Of a stretch of DNA of 64,000 nt, positions 27,901-37,027 are shown piece by piece (within the stretch, counting starts at the first letter, position 1; every line of letters starts with the position of its first letter). Source of the DNA: Parcubacteria group bacterium (GTDB lineage: Bacteria; Patescibacteriota; Minisyncoccia; Phycocordibacterales; CALRBT01); contig CALRBT010000001.1 in assembly GCA_943354475.1 (NCBI GenBank), positions 23,807-87,806 of the forward strand, written 5' to 3'. The position numbers and the translations under genes are program-made. The notes under the pieces were generated by a model. The model had not been told where the DNA came from and made no database searches. It saw only the letters and a list, made by a program, of their open reading frames with translations.

Positions 27901-29534
27901 CATATGACCCTGATGACACGCTAGATAATGTAAATCATACAAACATCACCACATTGTATGAAGACGATGTCGTTGATCAGTATATCTGGGACACATCAAA
28001 TATTCCCGAAGGCACTTATTATCTTTTCGCACTTGTTAGTGATAACCATAATGCCAATCAGGTGATCCATTCTCCTCAAAGGGTTACTATCACACACAGC
28101 GCACCAACTCCTCCATCCCTCTTACGTGCTGAAGGAAAAACAAATCCAACCAATATTACTGACCCAACTCCAGAATTCTCGGCAGTTTACAATGATCTCA
28201 ATGTAGGGGATGTGGCAAAGAAATATCGTATCCAGGTGGCAACATCGACCACGTTTACGTCAACAAAATGGGATTCAGGAATGGCCCTACTTGCGAGTTC
28301 AACCCCCCGAGGATTCCGTACCAAGGATATATCGTATACAGGTTCTTTGCTTGCGTCGAGTACACCATATTACTGGCGTATCAAGTTCTGGGATACAGCG
28401 GGTAGCGAAGGTTCGTGGAGTACTACGACAGCTTCTTTTTCACTTGCCCCATCAACTAATAGTTCTCCTACACCTCCAACATCACTACAAGTTGAAGGAA
28501 AAGCGAATCCAGTCACTATCACTAATCCACTACCAAAGTTTTCAGCAGTATATAACGATCTTAACTTAGGAGATCAAGCAAAGAAATATCAAATCCAAGT
28601 AGCAACCTCCACCACTTTTGTATCGACAAAATGGGATTCGGGAATGAAAGTTCTTGCAACCTCGACTCCTCGAGGTGGGCGTATTCAAAGCGTTACCTAC
28701 AATGGCTCGTCTCTCGCCTCAAGTACTCAGTATTATTGGCGTATAAAACTATGGGATGCAAATAGTAATGAAGGTGCGTGGAGTACTACGACAGCAAGCT
28801 TCTCTCTAGCTGCCTCTACGAGTAAGCCACCTCTTGCACCAACAGAGCTTCGCACTGAAGGCCTAGTAGACCCAATCAATGTTACCGACTCAACCCCAGA
28901 GTTCTCAGCTGTGTACAACGATCCAAATATTGGGGATATGGCAAAGAAATATCAAATCCAAGTAGCAACCTCTACAACTTTCACTTCTCTTGCATGGAAT
29001 TCAGGCACGGTATTACTTGCAACCTCAACCCCTCGAAGTGGTCGTACATACGCCATTGCATATACCGGATCAACACTTGCATCAAGCACAACCTATTATT
29101 GGCGAATAAGATTGTGGGATACTGCCGGTAACGAAGGTTTGTGGAGCACGACAACTGCTAGTTTCTTGTTATTGCCAAAAAACAATATTCCAACCGCTCC
29201 GACATCACTACAAACCGAAGGGTTGACTAATCCAACCAACATTATCGACTCAACCCCGGATTTCTCTGCAATATATAACGATGTTGATCTTGGTGACCTT
29301 GCAAAACGGTATCGTATCCAAGTATCGACCTCAACAACATTTTCGACTCTAAAATGGGATTCAGGAACCACTCTACTTGCAAGTTTAACGCCGATAGGTT
29401 CGCGTATTACGGACGTTTCCTACAGTGGCTCGTCTCTCGCCTCAAGCACAACCTATTATTGGCGTATTAGATTTTGGGATACTAGAGAGGGTGGTGGCGC
29501 TTGGAGTAGTAGATCGTCATTCTCTCTAAAATGA
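24909..29534 (+). CDS. Giant secreted protein: prenyltransferase/squalene-cyclase-like barrel, Ig/CARDB-like, FN3, four C-terminal FN3-like repeats
   Basis: QNTDGSWG, QMSDGSWG, AQGVDGSFG repeats; four copies of EG..NP..I.D.TPEFSAVYND..WDSG..YYWRI..WD..WS. Confidence 0.8.
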   Translation: MKLIKVQQNIFPKIVVVFLMVSLLVTPLTPLSAQGVDQLEQNKAVQSLVQKRPLAQVIDIPEVIIGTSTVANISLVDWDQKIEVGGKKVSLSSEEGLASIELSPVIQKLVEAYHGDITSIESALFAPSSLKLEKKKHATEALQYGIAQSLIEEGLLPNDYFELLAQGFIEPADNLIDAKKAFIKKPGAIKAMKAEVVPEVTIVDITTVEGGQINKNKEKSSPLGSLWNTVTGIVSDIGGFVGNQFAKSGTASKTAEVSGTSNGITESSAALISGNASAQSALQYLVSHQNTDGSWGSGNSLLTTTSAVLDALDVYGEIGPEYQKGITWIESYITDNNDYRAQQAKRLARAGRTISELESIASTIDDSTGGFSYDVGYQADPATTAKVLQALTEAGFEDSGSSPRATRTLALYYLTQTQRFDKGWSLFDDGASSLPVTTDVINALLPYKGQSLLGVGSSKIVIDSTIKPALDSLKATQMSDGSWGGDLLNTAVVVQTLKKGKTAATYARESISYLENAQGVDGSFGGGDIYLTAQVLKALATPEPSVGNLAVTDIASTNPLQTRTPAGIKITITNSGDLVANSGILHLVADHYLMGSFNLASSSLVINPHTSAQITVNISNTAGYVGDVAFDAFIEGVGDVIYASSRYQKTLTFAEDPTHLPGLPIYFTAQKHIIDGQPALNVRWGKKSDPNRLNYLIMWRVVGETSWNTYPIANDKNGAFISPYVEDQLYEVTVGAVTADGTKYTYYSSPVQVRVSADANKYTSGTVSGTMRDVNGPVGNISLLAGGDFATVDADGNFNLTHVPYGKGWVRASNFRYEDYVTTFKTSDSTVINHKAYTNLVPDIATPTITYFAMANEADYKMENLETKFIHLGVADDIGITGTGIVASASFSYYDPHDSTWHSIGTMQGPLSSTVGYSWNVPGTLFGPGYKIRATIRDYSGKESEPTEWGPFEFTQGNATPEFAFVTPLSATTTVADLSHTIVWTDNDNDDNARILLSYDPDDTLDNVNHTNITTLYEDDVVDQYIWDTSNIPEGTYYLFALVSDNHNANQVIHSPQRVTITHSAPTPPSLLRAEGKTNPTNITDPTPEFSAVYNDLNVGDVAKKYRIQVATSTTFTSTKWDSGMALLASSTPRGFRTKDISYTGSLLASSTPYYWRIKFWDTAGSEGSWSTTTASFSLAPSTNSSPTPPTSLQVEGKANPVTITNPLPKFSAVYNDLNLGDQAKKYQIQVATSTTFVSTKWDSGMKVLATSTPRGGRIQSVTYNGSSLASSTQYYWRIKLWDANSNEGAWSTTTASFSLAASTSKPPLAPTELRTEGLVDPINVTDSTPEFSAVYNDPNIGDMAKKYQIQVATSTTFTSLAWNSGTVLLATSTPRSGRTYAIAYTGSTLASSTTYYWRIRLWDTAGNEGLWSTTTASFLLLPKNNIPTAPTSLQTEGLTNPTNIIDSTPDFSAIYNDVDLGDLAKRYRIQVSTSTTFSTLKWDSGTTLLASLTPIGSRITDVSYSGSSLASSTTYYWRIRFWDTREGGGAWSSRSSFSLK
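28100..29530 (+). repeat. Four intragenic ~120-aa domain repeats
   Basis: Repeated at both protein and DNA level. Confidence 0.85.
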
Positions 29535-29602
29535 GTTACAGGGTACCTATAGAAACAAGGCTGTTTTAAAGTTGCGTTGAATTAAGTTATAATTGAGGCA
29601 CT

Positions 29603-30154
29603 ATGAAAATAAAAAATTTACCATTAGTGGTTGGAATGGCGTTACCACTTGTTTTTATTATTGTTATTTCTATTGTTATCTTTACTCCGTCACTTTTTAT
29701 TAGACCAATGCATGACTTTGTCTATACCGAAGAGCGTGGGGATTATTACAATCGGCAATACCAGAACACCTACAAAGTAGAAAATGATCGCATTGCTTTG
29801 GACCCGATTCCCGTAACGACCAAAGAAGTGATCGTATACGAAAATGGCTCACCAAAAAAGGAGTTAGCGCCAAAACTTTATCGGTATACGGTTAAAACAA
29901 ACTCAGTGCGTCAAATTGATTTTGATGAAGCTAAAAATCTAATGCTCGACCCAGGTCCGTCATCTCCTGATGGCTACACTATCTCGTATCAGTATGGACA
30001 TAGTGGAATATTTGAGTTGTTTGGCTCAAATGGTAACGATAACGGCTATTTTATTTCTAAGGGTAGTGGAAAAAAACGACTGAGCGGTTTAGTAGGTGAT
30101 AACTATCGATACTCCTATCAAGGCAACTTTAAGCTTATTGGTTGGATAAAATAA
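29603..30154 (+). CDS. Hypothetical membrane-anchored protein
   Basis: N-terminal TM; SPDGY motif. Confidence 0.75.
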   Translation: MKIKNLPLVVGMALPLVFIIVISIVIFTPSLFIRPMHDFVYTEERGDYYNRQYQNTYKVENDRIALDPIPVTTKEVIVYENGSPKKELAPKLYRYTVKTNSVRQIDFDEAKNLMLDPGPSSPDGYTISYQYGHSGIFELFGSNGNDNGYFISKGSGKKRLSGLVGDNYRYSYQGNFKLIGWIK

Positions 30155-30159
30155 TTTTT

Positions 30160-31167
30160 ATGGACAAACAACAAATAACTACTTTTATTAAGGAACAAAT
30201 TTCGTCTGGCAAGATCTCCAAAGAAGATTTGCAGATGCTTGTAAACGAAAGCGAGTCCTCTTCAGAGGTAATCCAACCAACCCCTATTAGTAAAGTTCCT
30301 TCAAAAGAAGAATCCTCAAAGCAACTCATTAACACGTTTTATGTTATCGGTGCAATCATTGTTCTTGTTGGCGTGATTATTCTTATTGCCCAAAATTGGA
30401 ATGAGATAGGGTTTATTGGAAGGATGTTGGTTACACTCGGTATTTCTGTTGGTGCGTACCTTTTTGGTTTATCGCTTAGGGGCCCTGAGCATAGAATAAT
30501 CTCTCAAGTAATGTTTGTTGTCTCCGCACTCCTTGCCCCCCTCGGTTCTTTTGTTTTACTCACTGAAGCTAGTGTAACCATTACTTGGGAGGTACAAATA
30601 CTTCTCTCAAGTGTTTTGTTTATTATTTTTGGTTCAGCACTTCTTATTAGTAAAAGGAACGTCTTGAGTTTAATTACGATTGGTTTTGCTACATGGACTT
30701 ACTACACACTTGGTATTAAACTTTTTGGATCAAATTTCTTTGACACAGAGTTTCTAAAATGGGCAACAATGCTTCTAGGAGCCTCTTATATTCTGATTGG
30801 CTATGGATATCAATCGGTTTTGGGAATTTCTGATACACCAGATGGAAAAGAAAAAAGAAGAGTCCAAGAAGTTTTATATCGTTTTGGTGTACTCGCTATT
30901 TTAGGAGCTGGGATATCAATAGGGGGTATTTTCGACCTGTTCTTTATCGCATTCATTTTTGCAGCATTTTATGGAAGTGTGTACCTCAAGAGTAGGACTG
31001 TTCTCGTATTAGGAGCACTCTTTCTTATGGCACACATCATAAAACTAACATCAATATACTTTGCACAATCTATCGGATGGCCAATTGCACTTATTATCGT
31101 CGGATTTTTGGTAATCGCTGTTGGTTATATGACGCTCTATCTTAATAAAAAATACATCTCTTCTTAA
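30160..31167 (+). CDS. DUF2157-like multi-pass membrane protein
   Basis: IGAIIVLVGVIILIAQNWNEIG followed by many TMs. Confidence 0.7.
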   Translation: MDKQQITTFIKEQISSGKISKEDLQMLVNESESSSEVIQPTPISKVPSKEESSKQLINTFYVIGAIIVLVGVIILIAQNWNEIGFIGRMLVTLGISVGAYLFGLSLRGPEHRIISQVMFVVSALLAPLGSFVLLTEASVTITWEVQILLSSVLFIIFGSALLISKRNVLSLITIGFATWTYYTLGIKLFGSNFFDTEFLKWATMLLGASYILIGYGYQSVLGISDTPDGKEKRRVQEVLYRFGVLAILGAGISIGGIFDLFFIAFIFAAFYGSVYLKSRTVLVLGALFLMAHIIKLTSIYFAQSIGWPIALIIVGFLVIAVGYMTLYLNKKYISS

Positions 31168-31179
31168 CAATTTCCCTTA

Positions 31180-31695
31180 ATGAAAAAGATACTCGGAGTC
31201 GCTTTACTTATTTGTGCAGGAATTTTAATTTTCTGGTTTGTCTCTGGGAATAAAGAGATTTCTCAAGTAAGCGAAGTTGATTATAAAGACATTTCGTACT
31301 CTATTCAGGGGACTCCTACAATGCTTGTAAAAAGCCAGTCAGGGACGGTCACTGCTCCCGGTTCAACCATTACTCAATATTTTGGTAACGAGGTTGCGGG
31401 AGATGTAAACGAAGATGGTTTGCCCGATATTGCATTTTTGATTACTCAAAGCGGGAGTGGTACCGGGACGTTTTATTATGCAGTGGTGGCTCTAAAAACA
31501 GCACAAGGATACAGTGGTAGTAACGGAGTATTTCTCGGTGATAGAATCGCCCCACAAACTATTGAAATAAAGGATGGACAGATTATTGTCAATTACGCTG
31601 ATCGCAAAGCAGGTGAGCCGATGACGACTAACCCATCGGTTGGCGTGAGTAAGTACTTAGAGATGATAGGGGGTGTTTTGGTTGAGATACGCTAG
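31180..31695 (+). CDS. Hypothetical exported protein
   Basis: GDVNEDG.PD, GSGTGTFYY, LGDRIAPQ. Confidence 0.75.
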   Translation: MKKILGVALLICAGILIFWFVSGNKEISQVSEVDYKDISYSIQGTPTMLVKSQSGTVTAPGSTITQYFGNEVAGDVNEDGLPDIAFLITQSGSGTGTFYYAVVALKTAQGYSGSNGVFLGDRIAPQTIEIKDGQIIVNYADRKAGEPMTTNPSVGVSKYLEMIGGVLVEIR

Positions 31696-31749
31696 TCTGG
31701 TATCAATAATAGAATTAATTCGCGAGAATTTTTCCAGGTAAAAGTGTTT

Positions 31750-32190
31750 ATGCAAATTAAGGAACTTGGACATGTCGTTTTGTACGTAACGAATCTGACG
31801 CAATCAGCTGATTTTTATGCAGGTACGCTTGGTTTCAAAGAAATTGCACGAGAAAAAGGAGTTGCTGTATTTTCTTCCGGCCGCACCCACCATGAGTTGT
31901 TACTGATAGAGATTGGTGGAAAAGCAGAGAAAGAATCTTTTCCTAAGGCAGGCCTCTATCACATTGGATTTAAAATAGGGGACGGGCCAGAAGCGCTCCA
32001 AGAGGTGTATCGTGAATTGAAAAGCAAGGAAGTCACTATTATCGGCGCGAGCGATCATGGAGTAACCCACAGTCTTTACATCCTTGATCCTGATGGAAAT
32101 GAGCTTGAACTTTATGCCGATATTTCAGATGGATGGAAAACGAACCCGGGGGCAATACTCTCGCAGACCAAGTCACTCAAGTTGGAATAG
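31750..32190 (+). CDS. VOC/glyoxalase family protein
   Basis: LGHVVLYV, GLYHIGF, SLYILDPDGNELELY. Confidence 0.88.
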   Translation: MQIKELGHVVLYVTNLTQSADFYAGTLGFKEIAREKGVAVFSSGRTHHELLLIEIGGKAEKESFPKAGLYHIGFKIGDGPEALQEVYRELKSKEVTIIGASDHGVTHSLYILDPDGNELELYADISDGWKTNPGAILSQTKSLKLE

Positions 32191-32275
32191 TTTTTTAGGT
32201 GGAACTCTGCTTTATAAAATTATGGCTATATTGTGGTAGAATGAGATACAAGTTAAAACTTAGCAAAGAGTATTC

Positions 32276-33388
32276 ATGTCACAGAAATTGCTACACAGAT
32301 ATACCGAACGCTTTCTAAAGAGGAAAGCTTCTTCTTTTGTCTTAGGCGGTGGCATCGCCTTATTTGTTTTTCTCATGTTTTTTTATATTGTTGCTGGTAA
32401 AGATATTTTTGCAAAACCGTACATCGCAGGTATGGCTAATCTGGAAGAGTCGATCAAGATAAATCCACTAAAACAGATTGATACACTCGGGCCCCTCGAC
32501 ACTGCTCTGTACGATAAAAAAATGATAATCCTTGCTAACTATCCAAGTACGACACCTACGACCACTCCTAGAATTTGGCCAGCTAAAGCGGTCTATCCAA
32601 ATCCAGGCGCCATCCTGCCTTTCAACCGTATTATTGCGTATTATGGAAATTTCTACTCAAAAGCTATGGGGGTTTTGGGAGAATATCCTGAAGATGTGAT
32701 GTTGGCCAAACTCGCAGCTGAAGTAAAAAAGTGGAATCTGGCTGATCCTGAGACTCCCGTTGTCCCCGCTATTAACTATATCGCAGTGACAGCTCAGGGA
32801 TATGCAGGCGACGGTAAGTACCGACTTCGTATGCCAGATAGTCAGATTGATAATGCGGTTCGGTTGGCCAAGCAAATAAATGGTATTGTCATTCTTGATG
32901 TTCAAGTTGGACTCAGTACGCTTCAAATTGAAATCCCACTTCTTGAGAAGTATCTCAAAATGCCAGAAGTCCATTTAGGAATTGATCCAGAGTTCTCTAT
33001 GAAAACTGGGGCAAAGCCAGGTACAGTGATTGGTAGTGTTAACGCAGAGGATGTCAATTTTACGACAAGATATTTAGCAAAATTAGTACAAGAAAATAAT
33101 CTACCACCAAAAGTTTTAATCATACATCGATTTACGGGCAATATGGTTAAGGGGTATCGAGAAATGAAACCACTTCCTGAAGTTCAGATTGTCATGGATA
33201 TGGATGGATGGGGGCCTCCTGCTAAGAAAATAGGGACATACAGGCAAGTGATTATTCCAGAGCCAGTACAGTTTACAGGGTTTAAAATTTTCTATAAAAA
33301 TGACTTGCGTGCTCCAAGTACCAGGATTATGACACCAGCAGAGTTATTATCGCTTAGCCCTAGACCAAGTTTCATTCAGTTTCAATAG
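32276..33388 (+). CDS. Conserved hypothetical membrane-anchored protein
   Basis: IAYYG, LDVQVG, HLGIDPEF, MDGWG motifs. Confidence 0.75.
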   Translation: MSQKLLHRYTERFLKRKASSFVLGGGIALFVFLMFFYIVAGKDIFAKPYIAGMANLEESIKINPLKQIDTLGPLDTALYDKKMIILANYPSTTPTTTPRIWPAKAVYPNPGAILPFNRIIAYYGNFYSKAMGVLGEYPEDVMLAKLAAEVKKWNLADPETPVVPAINYIAVTAQGYAGDGKYRLRMPDSQIDNAVRLAKQINGIVILDVQVGLSTLQIEIPLLEKYLKMPEVHLGIDPEFSMKTGAKPGTVIGSVNAEDVNFTTRYLAKLVQENNLPPKVLIIHRFTGNMVKGYREMKPLPEVQIVMDMDGWGPPAKKIGTYRQVIIPEPVQFTGFKIFYKNDLRAPSTRIMTPAELLSLSPRPSFIQFQ

Positions 33389-33405
33389 ACTATATTTTTT
33401 CGAAT

Positions 33406-33951
33406 ATGTTCGTATTATTTTTAAAGAAAAATTTTCTTTGGATAATCCTTGCGCTTCTTATTGTGTATGTTGTAACCGAGCAACCGACACTCATCTCTGA
33501 CTTGCAGTACAAATATTTTCCCTCGAAAGCCTGTAGTGAGCCTATTGAGTACACTATCGGCACATTTGACACCAGGTTTGGAATCAGTGAAGAAGATTTC
33601 AAAGAGGTAATTAACTCGTCAGCCACTATCTGGGGTAAGGGGATTGGCAAAACCCTCTTTCGCTATAATTCGGAGAATACATCTAGGTCGCTCACCATTA
33701 ATCTCATTTACGACGAACGTCAACGATCAACTCAACAAAACGCACTTCTTCAAGCTAATGTCGATAAAGTGAGCGCGTTGGCAGCTTCAGTAAGGGCTCA
33801 GTACACAACACTCCAAAGCCAGTATCGAATAAGTGAACAGACATATAAAGATCAACTCTCTGCAATTAAGGATATTCAAAGAAAGTATAACGCTGAAGTT
33901 TCTTATTGGAATAGCCGAGGAGGGGCTCCTCGAAGCGAAGATTTGTCCTGA
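33406..33951 (+). pseudogene. Truncated matrixin-associated protein (N-terminal part only)
   Basis: C.EPIEY.IG.FD.RFGIS..IW..LF.Y..INLIYDERQ plus coiled coil; ends abruptly with no HExxH domain. Confidence 0.55.
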
Positions 33952-34339
33952 CGGAAGGGCTATTGGACGCTCTGGCCCCAATTGCGAATTCCCAGCTTGT
34001 CCGGATATTGTAACTGCTCCAAATGAGGAGGTTTCAAAAGATGTTGTCTTTAAGGTGGGGGATCGTGTTGATATTGCCAATCTCACTGTAACACTTAATA
34101 AGGTACTGCAAGATAGTCGTTGCCCGATTGATGTTGTTTGTATCCAAGCCGGATCCGTTACTGTAGAAGTAGTACTCACAAACTCAACTCGAAGGGAGAC
34201 GATAACCTTATCGACTGATGCAACCCCACATCTATTTGATGGTTACTATATTTCAATCTTATCAGTTACTCCATCTCCAATGAGTAAAAAAGAAATCAAA
34301 CCAAGTGACTATCGGGTCACGCTCCATGTTGTAAAATAG
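33930..34339 (+). pseudogene. N-terminally truncated exported protein
   Basis: EAKICPDG..GRSGPNCEFPACP and DSRCP.DV.CIQAG motifs; no signal peptide. Confidence 0.55.
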
Positions 34340-34353
34340 TTCGAGTGTCACTC

Positions 34354-34650
34354 ATGCAAAACAGAAATCAATTTTCATTTTCTGCAGATGTTTGGCGATG
34401 GCCAGGCGCTAGTGGATGGCACTTTGTGAACATAGACAAAGCCTTGTCGGAGAAGGTTCGTAAGCAAAGTAAACCCTACGGAGCCGGATTTGTAAAAGTA
34501 AGGGTGACTTTAGGGAGCAGTACTTGGATTACGGCACTCTTTCCACAAAAAATTTCATCGTCATACATTTTGTCGATAAAAAAGAGTATTCGTCAGAAAG
34601 AGGATGTTTGGGAAGGTAATCATACTAAGCTCTCATTTACCTTGGTTTAA
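34354..34650 (+). CDS. DUF1905 family protein
   Basis: W.WPG.SGWHFV..V.VTLG..W.T.LFP..Y.L.IKK.IR. Confidence 0.75.
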   Translation: MQNRNQFSFSADVWRWPGASGWHFVNIDKALSEKVRKQSKPYGAGFVKVRVTLGSSTWITALFPQKISSSYILSIKKSIRQKEDVWEGNHTKLSFTLV

Positions 34651-34680
34651 GGAACGATCTCAGTTAACTGTGATAAAATA

Positions 34681-35568
34681 GTGAACATGGATAATAAACT
34701 AAAAATAGCAGTAATACTTCTTGCAGCAGGTGGGTTAGTACTTTCTCTACTCATTACTAATAACGTACGAAATCTTTCGAACACGAACGCCACAACAACG
34801 CCTACTATTGTACAAAGCAATGTTCCATACTTTTGCCGTGAAGGAAAAAGTCTAACTGTTACCTATACGGAAAATCAGGTCGCGTTATCGCTGTCTGACG
34901 GACGATCGATAAAATTACCACAAGCAATCTCTGCATCCGGTACTCGTTATGCTGAGGGTGATATAGAGTTCTGGAATAAGGGTCTCGACGCATTCATTGT
35001 TGAGAAGGGGAAAAACACATACGATAATTGCACAACTGGTTCTATAACAGGAGACACCACATTACAAACATTTACCGATGGTGGTAAGTTGTTCAGTTTC
35101 AGCTACCCAACCGAGCTACTTATTTCAGGTGGCGGGGTTGGATTCTCGGATAATTGGCTAAACAATGCAACAACCTCAGGTAAGGTTCTCGTGACACTTT
35201 TAGTACCCAAGACGATAGAGCCAAACACTAACTTCTCTGAAAGTAAATTTATCGTTGGTGCCAGTGACCACCCAGAAGCGGTTGTTTCCTGTCTAACCCC
35301 ACCTATAGGTAACGGCGTTGCTAAGAAAGAAACGATTATTAATGGAGTTCCCTTTACGATGATCACCTATAGTGATGCAGGTGCTGGTAACTTCTATGAG
35401 ACGACAAGTTATCGAACGGTTAAGAACAATCAGTGTTATGCACTTGAGTACACAACCCACTCAACTAATATTGGCAACTACTCACCTAGTCAAGGAATTA
35501 AAGAGTTTAACAGGATTAAGATTCAAAAGATTCTTGATGAAGTGGTCAACAGTTTCAAATTTCTCTAA
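34681..35568 (+). CDS. MliC-domain exported protein
   Basis: LPQAISASGTRY..FWNKG; C-terminal DAGAGNFY domain. Confidence 0.8.
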   Translation: MNMDNKLKIAVILLAAGGLVLSLLITNNVRNLSNTNATTTPTIVQSNVPYFCREGKSLTVTYTENQVALSLSDGRSIKLPQAISASGTRYAEGDIEFWNKGLDAFIVEKGKNTYDNCTTGSITGDTTLQTFTDGGKLFSFSYPTELLISGGGVGFSDNWLNNATTSGKVLVTLLVPKTIEPNTNFSESKFIVGASDHPEAVVSCLTPPIGNGVAKKETIINGVPFTMITYSDAGAGNFYETTSYRTVKNNQCYALEYTTHSTNIGNYSPSQGIKEFNRIKIQKILDEVVNSFKFL

Positions 35569-35583
35569 AAACTGACGATCAAA

Positions 35584-36294
35584 ATGAGCAAGGTTGTTCA
35601 TAGAGCAAGTGAGCGAGGGGTAGGGCAGTATGGTTGGTTAACAACCAGGTACAGTTTTAGCTTTGCTGATTGGTTCGAGCCGAGCAGAATGGGTTTTAGA
35701 AAACTCCGAGTAATCAATGACGACATTGTTGCTCCAGCTTCAGGGTTTGGCGAACATAGTCACTGTGATATGGAGATTATCACTATTGTTATGAAAGGTG
35801 CGGTGACCCACCGCGATAGCGTCGGTGGTGAAGGCATCGTCCGTGCAGGCGAAGTACAAGTAATGTCAGCAGGCTCTGGCGTGACACACTCCGAATATAA
35901 TAAATCAAAAACAGAACCGCTTGAGTTGTTCCAAATTTGGATTGAAACGAGGGATCGTGGCATCACTCCTCGCTATGGACAACGCTCGTTCTCCGAGTGC
36001 CAAGATAACAACAAGTTACAGTATTTGGTTAGTCCAGATGTGGAGAATCTAGATGGAACACTCACGATCGCACAGGACGCCTACATTGCGCGCGCTAACC
36101 TTGCAGGAGAGAATCTTCGTTATGTTGTAAAACATCAAAATAATGGCGTGTATATTTTTATTATCGATGGTGAGGCTGAGGTCTTGGGTGAGACTTTGGG
36201 TAAACGCGATGCGATTGGTGTTACTAAAACTGATGAAATTGTAATTTCGACTAAAAAAGAAGGGAGCGTCTTGATTATCGAGGTTTCTGCGTAA
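35584..36294 (+). CDS. Pirin family protein
   Basis: LRVINDD, H.H.DMEIIT, QVMSAGSGVTHSE, FQIW. Confidence 0.92.
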   Translation: MSKVVHRASERGVGQYGWLTTRYSFSFADWFEPSRMGFRKLRVINDDIVAPASGFGEHSHCDMEIITIVMKGAVTHRDSVGGEGIVRAGEVQVMSAGSGVTHSEYNKSKTEPLELFQIWIETRDRGITPRYGQRSFSECQDNNKLQYLVSPDVENLDGTLTIAQDAYIARANLAGENLRYVVKHQNNGVYIFIIDGEAEVLGETLGKRDAIGVTKTDEIVISTKKEGSVLIIEVSA

Positions 36295-36342
36295 TAAAGA
36301 CTGAATTACTACTCGTGATTTTAGAATGGAAATCATAATGCT

Positions 36343-36978
36343 ATGAAAAGTAAAAAACACATTATATTTGATTTTGATGGGGTAATCATTGATTCATTTC
36401 AAACAGCGCTTTCAGTTGAGCAGATTACTGTGCCAGAGTTAGATGATGAGACCTATCGAATATTATTTGAGGGAAATATCAACAAAGTTGAAGGTTACCA
36501 GAATGAGTCTCTCAAGAAAATTAAACACGATGAAGTGTTTTGGAGTGAGTATACAAAAAGAGTTTTAAGAGATGCCCAACTGTTTCCGAAGATGCAGGAC
36601 GTCATAACTCAATTATCGAACCAATATTCCTTATCTGTAATTTCATCGAGTATTTCAAGTTTGATTTCAGATATGTTGAGTAGGGAACATTTGGAGCAGT
36701 ATTTTGAGGAAATTTTAGGTAATGATGTTCACCCAAGTAAGATAGAAAAAATAAAAATGATATTTGATAAATACGATCTTTCACCAGAGGATTGCGTTTT
36801 TGTTACCGACACTCTCGGTGATATACGGGAGGGAAACCAGGTTGGCGTTGGTAGCATTGGGGTGACGTGGGGATTTCATTCCGTGGAGGTTTTGGCACAA
36901 GGTAATCCGTTTAGGCTCATAAATCACCCAGACCAACTCATTGAGACCATCTCTGACTATTTTGTGGTCAAAAAGTAA
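36343..36978 (+). CDS. HAD family hydrolase
   Basis: FDFDGVIIDS; FVTDTLGD; GVTWGF. Confidence 0.9.
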   Translation: MKSKKHIIFDFDGVIIDSFQTALSVEQITVPELDDETYRILFEGNINKVEGYQNESLKKIKHDEVFWSEYTKRVLRDAQLFPKMQDVITQLSNQYSLSVISSSISSLISDMLSREHLEQYFEEILGNDVHPSKIEKIKMIFDKYDLSPEDCVFVTDTLGDIREGNQVGVGSIGVTWGFHSVEVLAQGNPFRLINHPDQLIETISDYFVVKK

Positions 36979-37027
36979 TCTTGTGGGTAAATTTTAATCA
37001 AAAGGTTCTTTCTGCTATACTATTTTT

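Noticed and set aside
28100-29530. Diversity-generating retroelement template/variable repeats
   Set aside because: The repeats are in-frame domain duplications with no visible adenine-specific variation, and there is no RT gene in the window.
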